A stretch of 64,000 bases of DNA from an uncultured Chloroflexia bacterium (GTDB taxonomy: Bacteria > Chloroflexota > Anaerolineae > JAAYZQ01): NCBI GenBank assembly GCA_963700285.1, contig CAVOXA010000010.1, forward strand, positions 1,344,001-1,408,000, read 5' to 3'. Both the position numbers and the translations under genes were made by a program. The notes below the pieces were generated by a model, which saw nothing but the letters and a program-made list of their open reading frames with translations, did not search any database and had not been told where the DNA came from. Shown one piece after another: positions 11,669 through 21,131 of the stretch; within the stretch, counting starts at the first letter, position 1, and each line of letters begins with the position of its first letter.

Positions 11669-13036
11669 ATGAGCACGATACTCATATCAGGCGGCACGGT
11701 TTTGACCCAAGACGCTCAGGGAACGGTGTATGACCCCGGCTACGTCCTCGTGGAGGACGACCGCATCGTGGCAGTGGGAGAGGGCCAGTACCCGACCTGG
11801 GGCGAGCCGGGGTTCCAGGCCGATCAGGTGATCGACGCCAGCCTGATGGCGGTGATGCCCGGGCTGGTAAACGCCCACAGCCATCTGTTCCAAACCTTCG
11901 TGCGCGGCCTGGCCGACGATAAGCCTCTGCTTCAGTGGCTGGAAACGGCCATCTGGCCGGTCATGCATGCTGTGACCGAGGAAGAGATGTACCTCGCTTC
12001 CCTGCTGGGCATGGTAGAAAACGTCCGCTCGGGCGCGACCTCGATCATTGACAACCAGTACATCCACACCAACAAGGGCAACGACGACGCGGTCTTTCGG
12101 GCCGCCCGGGAGAGCGGAATCCGCTTCATGCTGGCCCGAGGCTGGGCGGACATGAACTACCACCCAGCCTTCATGGAAACGCCCGATACCATCGTGGCCG
12201 AGATGGAGCGCCTTATGGAGACCTGGCAGGGCGCGGAGGGCGGTCGCCTGCGCGTCGAGTTTGGGCCCGTGATCCCCTGGGGCTGCTCCGATGCGGCCAT
12301 GCAGCGAACCTATGCCCTGGCCCAGGAGTGGGGGGTGGGCACCCACATCCACACCGCCGAATCGGAGCCCGAGGTCGAGATGGTCCTTGAGCAGCGAGGG
12401 CTGCGCCACGTCGAGTGGCTGGAGGCCATCGGCTGCCTGGGACCCGATACCCAGTTGGTGCACAGCGTCTGGCTGTCCGCCAAAGAGATCGATATGATCG
12501 AGCAACGCGATGCCATCATCATCCACTGCCCGATCAGCAACATGTACCTGGCTTCGGGCATCGCACCCATCACCGAGCTGCGGCGCAGGGGCGTGGCGGT
12601 GGCCCTGGCCACTGACGGCCCCGGGTCCAACAACTCCCAAGATAACATGGAGGTGCTCAAGTTCACCGCCTGCCTACAAAAGGTGGGCACGCTTGACGCC
12701 ATGTCCCTGCTGCCCGAGGACGTTCTACAGATGGCGACCCGGGGCGGGGCCAGGGCCATGGGCCAGGAGCAGGAGATCGGCAGCCTGGAGTTGGGTAAAA
12801 AGGCCGACATCACCGTGGTGGATCTGAACGCGCCGCACATCATGCCCGTGCACCGCGTGCCGTCGGCGCTGGTCTACAATGCCAACGGCCGCGACGTGGA
12901 CACGGTCATCGCCGATGGGCGGGTGCTGATGCAGGACAAGCGCGTGCTCTTTTTGGACGAGAAGGCATTGTTGGTCGAGTGCCGCGCCGCCAATCGCAGC
13001 CTGTTTGAGCGAGGCGGCGTCCAGGTGGATGGATGA
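11669..13036 (+). CDS. Amidohydrolase, MtaD/guanine/pterin deaminase-like
   Basis: PGLVNAHSH, HIHTAES, VHSVW, HCPISN, LATDG metal-binding motifs; RBS ggagg. Confidence 0.9.
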   Translation: MSTILISGGTVLTQDAQGTVYDPGYVLVEDDRIVAVGEGQYPTWGEPGFQADQVIDASLMAVMPGLVNAHSHLFQTFVRGLADDKPLLQWLETAIWPVMHAVTEEEMYLASLLGMVENVRSGATSIIDNQYIHTNKGNDDAVFRAARESGIRFMLARGWADMNYHPAFMETPDTIVAEMERLMETWQGAEGGRLRVEFGPVIPWGCSDAAMQRTYALAQEWGVGTHIHTAESEPEVEMVLEQRGLRHVEWLEAIGCLGPDTQLVHSVWLSAKEIDMIEQRDAIIIHCPISNMYLASGIAPITELRRRGVAVALATDGPGSNNSQDNMEVLKFTACLQKVGTLDAMSLLPEDVLQMATRGGARAMGQEQEIGSLELGKKADITVVDLNAPHIMPVHRVPSALVYNANGRDVDTVIADGRVLMQDKRVLFLDEKALLVECRAANRSLFERGGVQVDG

Positions 13037-13067
13037 GCCATCGTTTTTGCCCTGCTTGTGGGGAAGC

Positions 13068-14651
13068 GTGTCAGAAGCCATAATCGGTCTGGACGTAGGC
13101 ACCACCGTGGCCAAGGCGGTTCTGTTTGATCCTTCGGGTTCAAACTCTTCAGGACAGGCTCCTTTGGGCGCACGCGCATCAGGGCCAGGACTGGCGGGCG
13201 CCGAGATGGGGGTAGCCGCCCAGGCCTATCCACTCCACACGCCGAGGCCAGGTTGGGCGGAACTGGATCCAGAGGACGTCTGGCAGGCGGCGCTGCGGGT
13301 GCTGCGGGCCGTCGCCTCTGGAATCCCGCCGGGAACGCGCATCCGGGCCATCGCCCTGGCCACCCAGGGAGGGACCCTGATCCCCTGCCGGGCGGATGGC
13401 ACGCCCACCTACCGGGCCATCACCTGGATGGACCAACGCGCCCAGGATCTCGTCGCCCAGTGGCGGGCTGAGGGTGTGGCAGATAGGGTGCGGCAGATCA
13501 GCGGCTGGTCGCCGCAGCCGGGCTTGCCGCTGCCATCCATCGGCTGGCTGCGACAGGCTCGCCCCCAGGTTTTCGCCGCCACACGGCGTTTTCTATCAGT
13601 GAACGACTTTTTGGCGCTGCGCCTGGCCGGGCGCCCCGCGACCAATTCCTCCATGGCAGGAGAGATGCTGCTGGCAGACATCACAACCGGGCAGTGGAGC
13701 CAGGAGCTTTGTGAACTGGTGGGCATCGACCCCGGCCAACTATCGCCCATCCTGCCCTCCGAAGCGCCGCTGGGCACACTCCTGCCCGAGGTCGCCGGTC
13801 TCGTGGGGCTGAATCCCCGGACCGTGGTGGTCAACGGCGGGCAAGACCATGCCTGCGAAGCCCTGGCCCTGGGCATGACGTCCAGGGGCGCGGGGATGCT
13901 GGCCTGTGGCACGGCCTGGGTGATCAACGGCGTCGCCGAGTCGCCGTCCGTGGACGCCATCCCGGCCAGCATGGACCTGAACTACCATGTGGTGCCTGGG
14001 CGCTGGGTCGTGTCGCAGTTTCTGGGCGGCCTAGGCGCCTGCCTGGAGTGGTGGTTGAAGCAGTGCGGGCCGGGACAGAGCGCCGGCTCCACTTCGCCGC
14101 GCACCGGGCGGCAAGCCTCAGAGGCTCGGGACGCAGCGTGGGCAGCCCAAAACGAGGCGCTGGCTGACACGGCCCCGGGCTGTGCGGGCCTGGTCTACCT
14201 ACCCCAGACGGGGGCGCGCCAGGTGCCCGGTGCCCCGCAGCTTGGGGGCTTTGCTGGCCTGCGTCTGGATCACTCCCGCGCTGATATGGGGCGAGCTATC
14301 ATGGAGGGGGCCGCCTACGAGCTGAGGTGGGCGCTGGAACGCCTGCAAGGGGCCGGCAAGGCCATTGAGGAGATGTGGATGATTGGCGGCGCGACAGAGA
14401 GCCCGCTCTGGCCCCAGATCGTGGCCGACGTCACGGGCCTGCCCCTTTCTCTGACCCAGTATAGCCACGGTCCGGCGCTGGGCGCGGCCATCCTGGCCGG
14501 GCTAGGCCTGGGGATCTTTGATTCCGTGGAGGCGGGCCGGGCCAGTTTCCGCGTTTCGGCCCGCCTCATCGAGCCCGTGCAGGCCCATGCGCCGGTCTAT
14601 GACAGGCAGTTCGCCGCCTACCAGTGGCTGGCCCGGAGGCTGGCCGCATGA
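13068..14651 (+). CDS. FGGY-family carbohydrate kinase (copy 2) with a 20-aa in-frame insertion
   Basis: IGLDVGTT, GGQDH, GGATES; paralogous to 5545-7081. Confidence 0.9.
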   Translation: MSEAIIGLDVGTTVAKAVLFDPSGSNSSGQAPLGARASGPGLAGAEMGVAAQAYPLHTPRPGWAELDPEDVWQAALRVLRAVASGIPPGTRIRAIALATQGGTLIPCRADGTPTYRAITWMDQRAQDLVAQWRAEGVADRVRQISGWSPQPGLPLPSIGWLRQARPQVFAATRRFLSVNDFLALRLAGRPATNSSMAGEMLLADITTGQWSQELCELVGIDPGQLSPILPSEAPLGTLLPEVAGLVGLNPRTVVVNGGQDHACEALALGMTSRGAGMLACGTAWVINGVAESPSVDAIPASMDLNYHVVPGRWVVSQFLGGLGACLEWWLKQCGPGQSAGSTSPRTGRQASEARDAAWAAQNEALADTAPGCAGLVYLPQTGARQVPGAPQLGGFAGLRLDHSRADMGRAIMEGAAYELRWALERLQGAGKAIEEMWMIGGATESPLWPQIVADVTGLPLSLTQYSHGPALGAAILAGLGLGIFDSVEAGRASFRVSARLIEPVQAHAPVYDRQFAAYQWLARRLAA

Positions 14652-15475
14652 GGCCGCGATTCAGCCTGGGGGATGTTCAGGCCCTGGTCGTCGACATTGA
14701 CGGGACGCTGCTTCGCGGCTCCCTGCCGCTGCCTGGCCTCGCCCGGTTTTTCGCCTTCCTGCAGTCACGGCAGGTACCCTTTGTCGTGGCCTCCAACAAT
14801 GCGACCAAGACAGCGGCCGCATACCAGGAAATCCTGGCCGGCCTGGGGGCGCCCGTCAAAATCGAACAGATCCTGACCGCGGGAGCGGCCACGGCGCGCT
14901 ATCTGGCTGGCGAGCTGCACCAGGGGGCGAGGCTGTACCTGATCGGCGAGGCCGCGCTGCAATCAGTACTCCGCCAGGCTGGCTTTATCCTGCTGGAAGA
15001 TGCAAGCCAGCCGGCTGACGCGGTCGTCGTCGGTGGGGACTCGGCCTTGACCTACGAAAAACTAAAGTACGCGGCGCTGCTCCTGCAGCGGGGCGCGCGA
15101 TTCGTAGGCACCAATCCCGATCTCCTCTGCCCCACTGAGGAGGGACTGGTACCGGAAGCGGGCACGACCTTGGCCGCCCTTGAAGCCGCGACCGGGACCT
15201 CGCCGGTTGTGATCGGCAAGCCATCCCGCTACCTGTTCGACATGGCGGTGGAGAACATGGGCAGCGAGCGGGCCACGACCGCCGTGCTGGGCGACCGCCT
15301 GGAGACCGACATCCTGGGAGGCCAGCAGGCGGGACTGAGAACCATCCTGGTCTGTACCGGCGTAGACGACGGTTCCACGATCACACAAAAGGGCATCGAG
15401 CCTGATCTGGTAGCGAGCGGGCTCGAAGAGTTGGTGGAACTTTGGACGGCGTCTTTGGAAAATAAGCAGAGATGA
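14648..15475 (+). CDS. HAD-IIA hydrolase (NagD-like phosphatase)
   Basis: DIDGT, SNN, GKP, GDRLETDI motifs; ATGA overlap with the kinase. Confidence 0.92.
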   Translation: MRPRFSLGDVQALVVDIDGTLLRGSLPLPGLARFFAFLQSRQVPFVVASNNATKTAAAYQEILAGLGAPVKIEQILTAGAATARYLAGELHQGARLYLIGEAALQSVLRQAGFILLEDASQPADAVVVGGDSALTYEKLKYAALLLQRGARFVGTNPDLLCPTEEGLVPEAGTTLAALEAATGTSPVVIGKPSRYLFDMAVENMGSERATTAVLGDRLETDILGGQQAGLRTILVCTGVDDGSTITQKGIEPDLVASGLEELVELWTASLENKQR

Positions 15476-15491
15476 GCGCTACCAATTATCC

Positions 15492-15641
15492 CGTCATCCT
15501 TCGGCTACGCCCAGGACATGCTCTGAGCCGGAGCGCAACGGAGGTGAAGCCTGCCCTGAGCATGTCCTGAGTCATCGAAGGAGCACGAAGGGAATCTTAC
15601 TTGCGCCCAGCCGAGATCCTTCGCTGCCGCCCAGGATGACG
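15492..15641. repeat. CGTC-type palindromic element carrying three nested mini-element insertions
   Basis: Outer cgtcat..tctgag..gaa..gaatct / agatccttcg..caggatgacg; inserts at 15498-15521, 15549-15591 and 15560-15581. Confidence 0.75.
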
Positions 15642-15710
15642 ATTGCCCAAGGGCGAGTTTCTTCCACATAGAGTGGCATCCCGCACCATGGAGCACAAGG
15701 GAGACAGTGA

Positions 15711-16490
15711 ATGAAAACCCGTAGGCTTGGCCATATTTTCCGCCCGGACGGACGGGCCCTGATAGTCGCCACGGAGCACGCGGCCATCTTTGGCCCCATG
15801 CAAGGTCTGGAGCATCCCGGCGAGACCATCGAAAAGGTCATCGCCGGCGGGGTGGATGCGGTCATGACTTCTTTTGGCATTGCCCATCACTTTGCCCGTA
15901 CCCTGGCGCCGGTGGGTCTCATTCTGCGCTCCGATGGCGCGCCCACCAGGCTGGGGCCCGACACCGCCGCGCCCATCTGGTTCGACGTCGAGGAAGCCCT
16001 GCGCCTGGGCGCCGACGCGCTGTGCGTGTCCGCCTTCCCGGGGCATCACACCGAGGTGGCGACCCTGGACAGCCTGGCTTCAGTGGCCCGGGAGGCCCTG
16101 GCCTGGGGCCTGGCCGTACAGGCCGAGATGGTGCCCGGCGGCATGGGCGGCGGGCCCGAAACCCGTACGGTGGAAACCGTGGCGCTGGCCGCCCGGGTGG
16201 GGGCGGAACTGGGCGCAGACTGGGTCAAAGTGCCCTACGTCGACGGCTTTGAGCAGGTAACCGGCTCCTGCTACAAGCCGGTCGTCATCATGGGCGGCAG
16301 CCGCCGCGGCAGCGAAGCCGAGATCCTGGCCGAGGTCAAGGCCGCCATGGAGGCTGGCGCCGCCGGCGCGACCATCGGCCGCAACATCTTTGGCGCGGAG
16401 GATCCAGAGGCCATGACCGCGGCCCTGGCGGCCATCATCCATCAGGATGCCTCTGTGGAGGAGGCCCTGTCCATCCTCCGGCGGGAGTAG
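15711..16490 (+). CDS. Class I aldolase, DhnA family (copy 2)
   Basis: [17 protein letters not shown]; VATEHA instead of VAMDHG. Confidence 0.9.
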   Translation: MKTRRLGHIFRPDGRALIVATEHAAIFGPMQGLEHPGETIEKVIAGGVDAVMTSFGIAHHFARTLAPVGLILRSDGAPTRLGPDTAAPIWFDVEEALRLGADALCVSAFPGHHTEVATLDSLASVAREALAWGLAVQAEMVPGGMGGGPETRTVETVALAARVGAELGADWVKVPYVDGFEQVTGSCYKPVVIMGGSRRGSEAEILAEVKAAMEAGAAGATIGRNIFGAEDPEAMTAALAAIIHQDASVEEALSILRRE

Positions 16491-16566
16491 ACGGAACGGT
16501 GTACTCAAAACGTGTGGACGTTCCATGGCCCAGGGCGCCACGCTATCCGAAACGACACCTCCAAAG

Positions 16567-16676
16567 TGTCATTGCGACGAGCGTAGCGAGAGCCAGTCCT
16601 GAGCAAAGCGACAGGAAAGCAATCCCTACATCGGCAACCGGAGACTGCTTCGTCGCCCACGCTCCTCGCAGTGACA
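16567..16676. repeat. TGTCATTGCGA palindromic element, copy 2, with mini-element insert at 16592-16615
   Basis: tgtcattgcga...aagcaatccc...ggagactgcttcgtcgc...ctcctcgcagtgaca; homologous to 3277-3388. Confidence 0.8.
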
Positions 16677-16740
16677 AGATCGACGTCATGCGCAGCGCGT
16701 TAAAGAACACTTACAATGTCAAGCCTCCGTTAATTTGTGC

Positions 16741-16770
16741 TTGACAGTAGTCCGCTTTCTATGTTAAAAT
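16741..16770 (+). promoter_or_regulatory. Sigma70-type promoter for the ubiD-aor-SDR sub-operon
   Basis: TTGACA-18 bp-TAAAAT with extended TGn. Confidence 0.75.
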
Positions 16771-16824
16771 GGTGAGCACCTGGAGCCGTTCTGGCTCACC
16801 CTACGATAGTATTGGGGGACGAGG

Positions 16825-18231
16825 ATGTCAGAGATCCATGATCTGCGCTCATTCATCAGCCGCCTGGAAGATGCCGGCCAACTGGTTCGCATCAAGCGGC
16901 AGGTAGACCTGGAATACGAACTGGCCGATATTGCCGCGGCGCTGGAGAGACGCAGGCAGCCAGCGCCCCTCTTTGAGGACGTCCGCGGCAGCCACTGGCC
17001 TGTTTTTGCCTCGGCGGTGGCCAACCAGACCCGCGCGGCGCTGGCCCTGGGCTGCCAGCGAGGGGAGGTCGTTGAGGTCATGAGCCATGCCCTGGATCCG
17101 GCCAACGGCATCCCTCCGGTTCGCGTTGAGGAAGCCGCTGATGTTCCTGCGGCTGCTGACGCATCTGCGGCTGCTGATGCATCAGCAGCCGGGTGGAAGG
17201 CCAACATTGTCACCGGCGATGATATCGATGTGCGCAAGCTGCCCATCCCCACCCACGCCGTGGGTGACGGCGGGCCCTTTATCACCGGGGGCGTTGTCTT
17301 GAGCAAGGACCCCGTCACCGGCCGGGGAAACCTCTCCTACAACCGGATGCAGGTCAAAGGCCCGCGCCAGTTTGGCTTCAACCTCAACGAGTGGCGGCAC
17401 GTGCGCGAGTTCCTGGATGCGCAGGAGGCCAAGGACGAGCCCCTGCAGGTGGCCGTCGCCATCGGTCTGGACCCGGCCATCATGATCGCGGCCGGTGCTC
17501 GCTACGATGACGACGAGTTGCTCATCGCCGGGGCCATCCGGGGCAAGGGCATCCGGGTCACCCGTGGGGTCACGGTGGACGTGGACATTCCCACCAGCGC
17601 CGAGATTGTCATTGAGGGCTACCTGGGCGCCCACGAGCGCCAGGCCGAAGGCCCCCTGGCCGAGTTCCACGGCTACTTTGGCGAGCTTTGGGAGAGCCCC
17701 GTCTTTCACGTCACCGCCGTCTGCTGGCGCGATGAACCCATCTTCCAGACCCTCATCCCCGGTTGGAACGAGCACCTCTATCTGGGCAACGTCCTGCCCC
17801 GTGAGCCACTGCTGCTCACCCACGTGCGCCACGTGGCCCGCAACGTGTCCGGCCTGCACATCCCGCCCTACGCCAGCGGATTCACAGCCATCGTGGCCAT
17901 CGACAAGTTGAACCCCGGCGAGCCCAAGAACGTAGCCCTGGCCGCCTTTGCAGCCCACGTCAACATCAAGTGGTGCATCGTCGTCGACCCCGACGTGGAT
18001 ATCTATGATCCGGCTGACGTGATGTGGGCGCTGACCACCCGGGTGGACTGGAGCCGCGACGTCTTTACCGTGCCCGGCGCTCAGGGCCACGAGATGGACC
18101 CCACCGCCGATGGCCGGGGCGTACATACCAAGATCGGCGTGGACGCTACCTCCAAGGTGGAGCGGCGGGGATACGAGGACCGCGTTCGCTACAGTGCCAT
18201 AGATCTGAGCCAGTTTCTGCCAGGGGTGTAG
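16825..18231 (+). CDS. UbiD-family (prFMN-dependent) decarboxylase
   Basis: DLRSFISRLE, DGGPFIT, YNRMQ, EGPLAEFHGY, DVMWALTTR, KIGVDAT. Confidence 0.92.
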   Translation: MSEIHDLRSFISRLEDAGQLVRIKRQVDLEYELADIAAALERRRQPAPLFEDVRGSHWPVFASAVANQTRAALALGCQRGEVVEVMSHALDPANGIPPVRVEEAADVPAAADASAAADASAAGWKANIVTGDDIDVRKLPIPTHAVGDGGPFITGGVVLSKDPVTGRGNLSYNRMQVKGPRQFGFNLNEWRHVREFLDAQEAKDEPLQVAVAIGLDPAIMIAAGARYDDDELLIAGAIRGKGIRVTRGVTVDVDIPTSAEIVIEGYLGAHERQAEGPLAEFHGYFGELWESPVFHVTAVCWRDEPIFQTLIPGWNEHLYLGNVLPREPLLLTHVRHVARNVSGLHIPPYASGFTAIVAIDKLNPGEPKNVALAAFAAHVNIKWCIVVDPDVDIYDPADVMWALTTRVDWSRDVFTVPGAQGHEMDPTADGRGVHTKIGVDATSKVERRGYEDRVRYSAIDLSQFLPGV

Positions 18232-18310
18232 TTTGCCCCCAGCGTAGGGCTGACAATGCTCGCGGCACCTTTCTGTGGCGCGGCTACTTTGGAAATGGAT
18301 GGTGAGAACG

Positions 18311-20206
18311 ATGAAAACAGCAATGATTGATCTCTCTGCTTCCAGCGTCGAGATCTTTGAGACGCCGGCCGGGGACCTGCGCCAGTACCTGGGCGGGCGG
18401 GGGCTGGGAGCCAAGCTGCTGTACCAGCGGGTGGGCCCGGACGTCGAGCCGTTCTCGCCGGAGAACGAGCTGATCTTTAGCGCTGGCCCCCTGGCCGGGA
18501 CGCCCTGGCCAACGTCGGCGCGCCTGCACGTGACTTTCAAATCCCCGCTCACCGGCGCCTACGGCTATGCCAACAGCGGCGGATTCTTTGCGGCAGAGAT
18601 GCGCCACGCGGGCTATGACGCCATCATTGTCACCGGCCGGGCCCCCGAGGCGTCGGTCCTGCGCATTGAGGACGGGGCGATCGCGGTGGAACCCGCCCCC
18701 GAGCTGTGGGGCGGTACTACGGCCAAAGTCCACGACACGCTCCTGGGGCCAGAGCCCAAAGCCGGCGCCGGCCGGGTGGCCTGCATTGGGGCCGCAGGCG
18801 AGAACCTGGTCCGCATCGCGGCCATCATCAACGACCACAACCGGGCCGCAGCCCGGGGCGGCCCCGGCGCCGTCATGGGCAGCAAGAACCTCAAGGCCAT
18901 CCACGTCCGGGCCAGCGGTCGGCCCAGCATCCCGCCCCAGTTGCGGGCCGCGGCCAAGGTTGCCACGGCCAAACTCAACCAGGATCCGCGGCTGGATGGG
19001 CTTCGCAGCGTTGGCACCCTATTCCTGATGGATCCCAAAAACATGAGCGGCGACCAGCCGGCCAAGAACCACCAGCTCGGCCAAGTGCCCTTTATCGAGC
19101 AGGTGAACGATGCCGCCATGGACGAATACCTGGTGGCCCACAAGGGCTGCTACGCCTGTCCCATCCGCTGCTCGCGCAAGTCCGTTGTGCCCGAGGGTCC
19201 CTACGCCGTCGAGATCGGCGGGCCCGAGTACGAGACGACCAACGCCCTGGGCCCCATGTGCTGGATCGACGATCCGGAGGCCATCATCTATGCCAACCAC
19301 CTCTGCAACCTGCACGGGCTGGATACCATCTCGACGGGGGTGGTCATCGCCTTTGCCATGGAGCTGCATGAGAAGGGCCTGCTGGATGATCCCGAACTCT
19401 CGCTGGAGTGGGGCGACGCGCAGACCATGCTGGGGCTCATCGAGCGCATTGCCCACCGGCAGGGGCTCGGCGACCTGCTGGCCGAGGGCGTGCGGCGAGC
19501 CGGCCAGCAGCTTGGAGGCGAGGCGGGCCGCTATGCCATGCACGTCAAGGGCATGGAGCTGCCCCGCCAGGAGCCGCGCGTGGCCAAGGGCTTTGGCCTG
19601 GGCCATGCCACCAGCAACCGCGGCGCCGATCACCTGTACGCCCTGCCGGCCATCGACCTGGGCGGCGCCTGGGATATCGCCCAGCGCATCTTTCCGGCCG
19701 AGATCGTGCCCGAGCTGATGGAGACCGACAACGAAAAGTACAAACCGGACATGGTCGTCTATGGCGAGCACTTTTGCGCCGTGACCGACGCCCTGGGCAT
19801 CTGCAAGTTCTCGACGACGGAGGAGTACAGCTTGCTGCCCGACGACGTGGCCCCGGGCCTGGCCGCGGTCTGGGATGAACCGCTGACCGGGCAGGATCTG
19901 CTAGAGATCGGCGAGCGGATCGTGAACCTGGAGCGGCTCTACAACGTTCGAGAGGGCCTGTCGCGGGCCGACGACCAGTTGCCGGGCCGTTTTACCGAGG
20001 AGGCTGTGCCCCTCTATGGCTTTGAGCGCGATCCGGAGACGTCCGAGTTGCAGCAATCCGCCGAACCCATCGGCCAGGGGCAGATCTATAACTTTGACCT
20101 GATGCTGGATCGCTACTACGACCTGCGCGGCTGGTCGCGGGAAGGCGTACCGACGGTGGAGACATTGCGCAGGTTGGGGTTGGAGGCCTATCTCAACGCA
20201 GACTAG
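18311..20206 (+). CDS. Aldehyde:ferredoxin oxidoreductase (tungstopterin AOR family)
   Basis: YLGGRGLG, KSPLTG, RGGPGAVMGSKNLKA, CYACPIRC, GPEYET, GLDTIS, RGADH, LGICKF. Confidence 0.93.
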   Translation: MKTAMIDLSASSVEIFETPAGDLRQYLGGRGLGAKLLYQRVGPDVEPFSPENELIFSAGPLAGTPWPTSARLHVTFKSPLTGAYGYANSGGFFAAEMRHAGYDAIIVTGRAPEASVLRIEDGAIAVEPAPELWGGTTAKVHDTLLGPEPKAGAGRVACIGAAGENLVRIAAIINDHNRAAARGGPGAVMGSKNLKAIHVRASGRPSIPPQLRAAAKVATAKLNQDPRLDGLRSVGTLFLMDPKNMSGDQPAKNHQLGQVPFIEQVNDAAMDEYLVAHKGCYACPIRCSRKSVVPEGPYAVEIGGPEYETTNALGPMCWIDDPEAIIYANHLCNLHGLDTISTGVVIAFAMELHEKGLLDDPELSLEWGDAQTMLGLIERIAHRQGLGDLLAEGVRRAGQQLGGEAGRYAMHVKGMELPRQEPRVAKGFGLGHATSNRGADHLYALPAIDLGGAWDIAQRIFPAEIVPELMETDNEKYKPDMVVYGEHFCAVTDALGICKFSTTEEYSLLPDDVAPGLAAVWDEPLTGQDLLEIGERIVNLERLYNVREGLSRADDQLPGRFTEEAVPLYGFERDPETSELQQSAEPIGQGQIYNFDLMLDRYYDLRGWSREGVPTVETLRRLGLEAYLNAD

Positions 20207-20344
20207 GGCCGCTGGCCAACTGGCTTTCCCCACGGTACTCTCCTGCTCTCGTCTGGTCCGTGACCAGACGATTGGTGGCCACTTCAGGCGGATGCAACTG
20301 GACACGGACCAGTTGCGAGCAGATCGCTCGCAAAGGAGGAAACG

Positions 20345-21082
20345 ATGAAAATTCAAGGCAAGACAGCGCTGGTTACGGGTGGCGCCCACCGGGTGGGCAA
20401 GGCCATCGCCATGGAGCTGGCACGGGGCGGGGCCAACCTGGTGGTCAACTATTACAGCTCCGATACAGCAGCCCAGGAAACGGTCAGAGAGGCCGAGGCC
20501 CTGGGCGTGGGCGGGCTGGCCGTCCAGGCCGACGTTGGCGACCTGGGGCAGGTGCGGGCGCTGGTGGCCGCTGCCGCGGACCGGTTTGGGGCGGTGGATA
20601 TCCTGGTCAACAGCGCGTCGATCTGGCAAAAGACGCCGCTGCCCATGGGCGACTTCAGCGGCTGGCACCGCGTGTTGGGCGTGTTGCTCCACGGCTCGAT
20701 CTACCTGGCCGATGCGGTGGCTCCCCTGATGCAGGCGCAAGGAGAGGGGGCCATCGTCAACATTGTGGACCTGGCGGCCTTTAAGCCCTTCACCGGTTAC
20801 GTCGCCCACAGCGTCGGAAAAGCGGGGCTCCTGTCCCTGACCCGCTCGCTGGCGATAGAGCTGGCGCCGGTCGTGAGCGTCAACGCCGTGGCCCCCGGGC
20901 CGGTCCTGCCCCCGCCGGACTATAGTGAGGAGCAGATCGCCCGCATCGCCAAGCGGACGCTGAAGGGTCGCTGGGGCGCGGCCCAGGATATAGCCGGCGC
21001 GGTTCGGTTCCTCGTCGAGTCCAACTATATCACCGGTGAGGTGCTCGTCGTCGATGGCGGCGAGCGCTTGGGGCCCGCTTAG
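20345..21082 (+). CDS. SDR oxidoreductase, pteridine reductase/FolM-like
   Basis: TGGAHRVG (Arg-containing, PTR1-type), NIVD, VNAVAPG; HSVGK in place of YxxxK. Confidence 0.8.
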   Translation: MKIQGKTALVTGGAHRVGKAIAMELARGGANLVVNYYSSDTAAQETVREAEALGVGGLAVQADVGDLGQVRALVAAAADRFGAVDILVNSASIWQKTPLPMGDFSGWHRVLGVLLHGSIYLADAVAPLMQAQGEGAIVNIVDLAAFKPFTGYVAHSVGKAGLLSLTRSLAIELAPVVSVNAVAPGPVLPPPDYSEEQIARIAKRTLKGRWGAAQDIAGAVRFLVESNYITGEVLVVDGGERLGPA

Positions 21083-21131
21083 CGTTTTTACGCGTACCAA
21101 AACGCGGATTGTGGTTCGCGCGAAGCAGGTT

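Noticed and set aside
18232-18310. Moco/tungsten-cofactor riboswitch upstream of AOR
   Set aside because: The spacer is only ~80 nt and I cannot find the expected conserved multi-stem core; an Rfam scan would be needed
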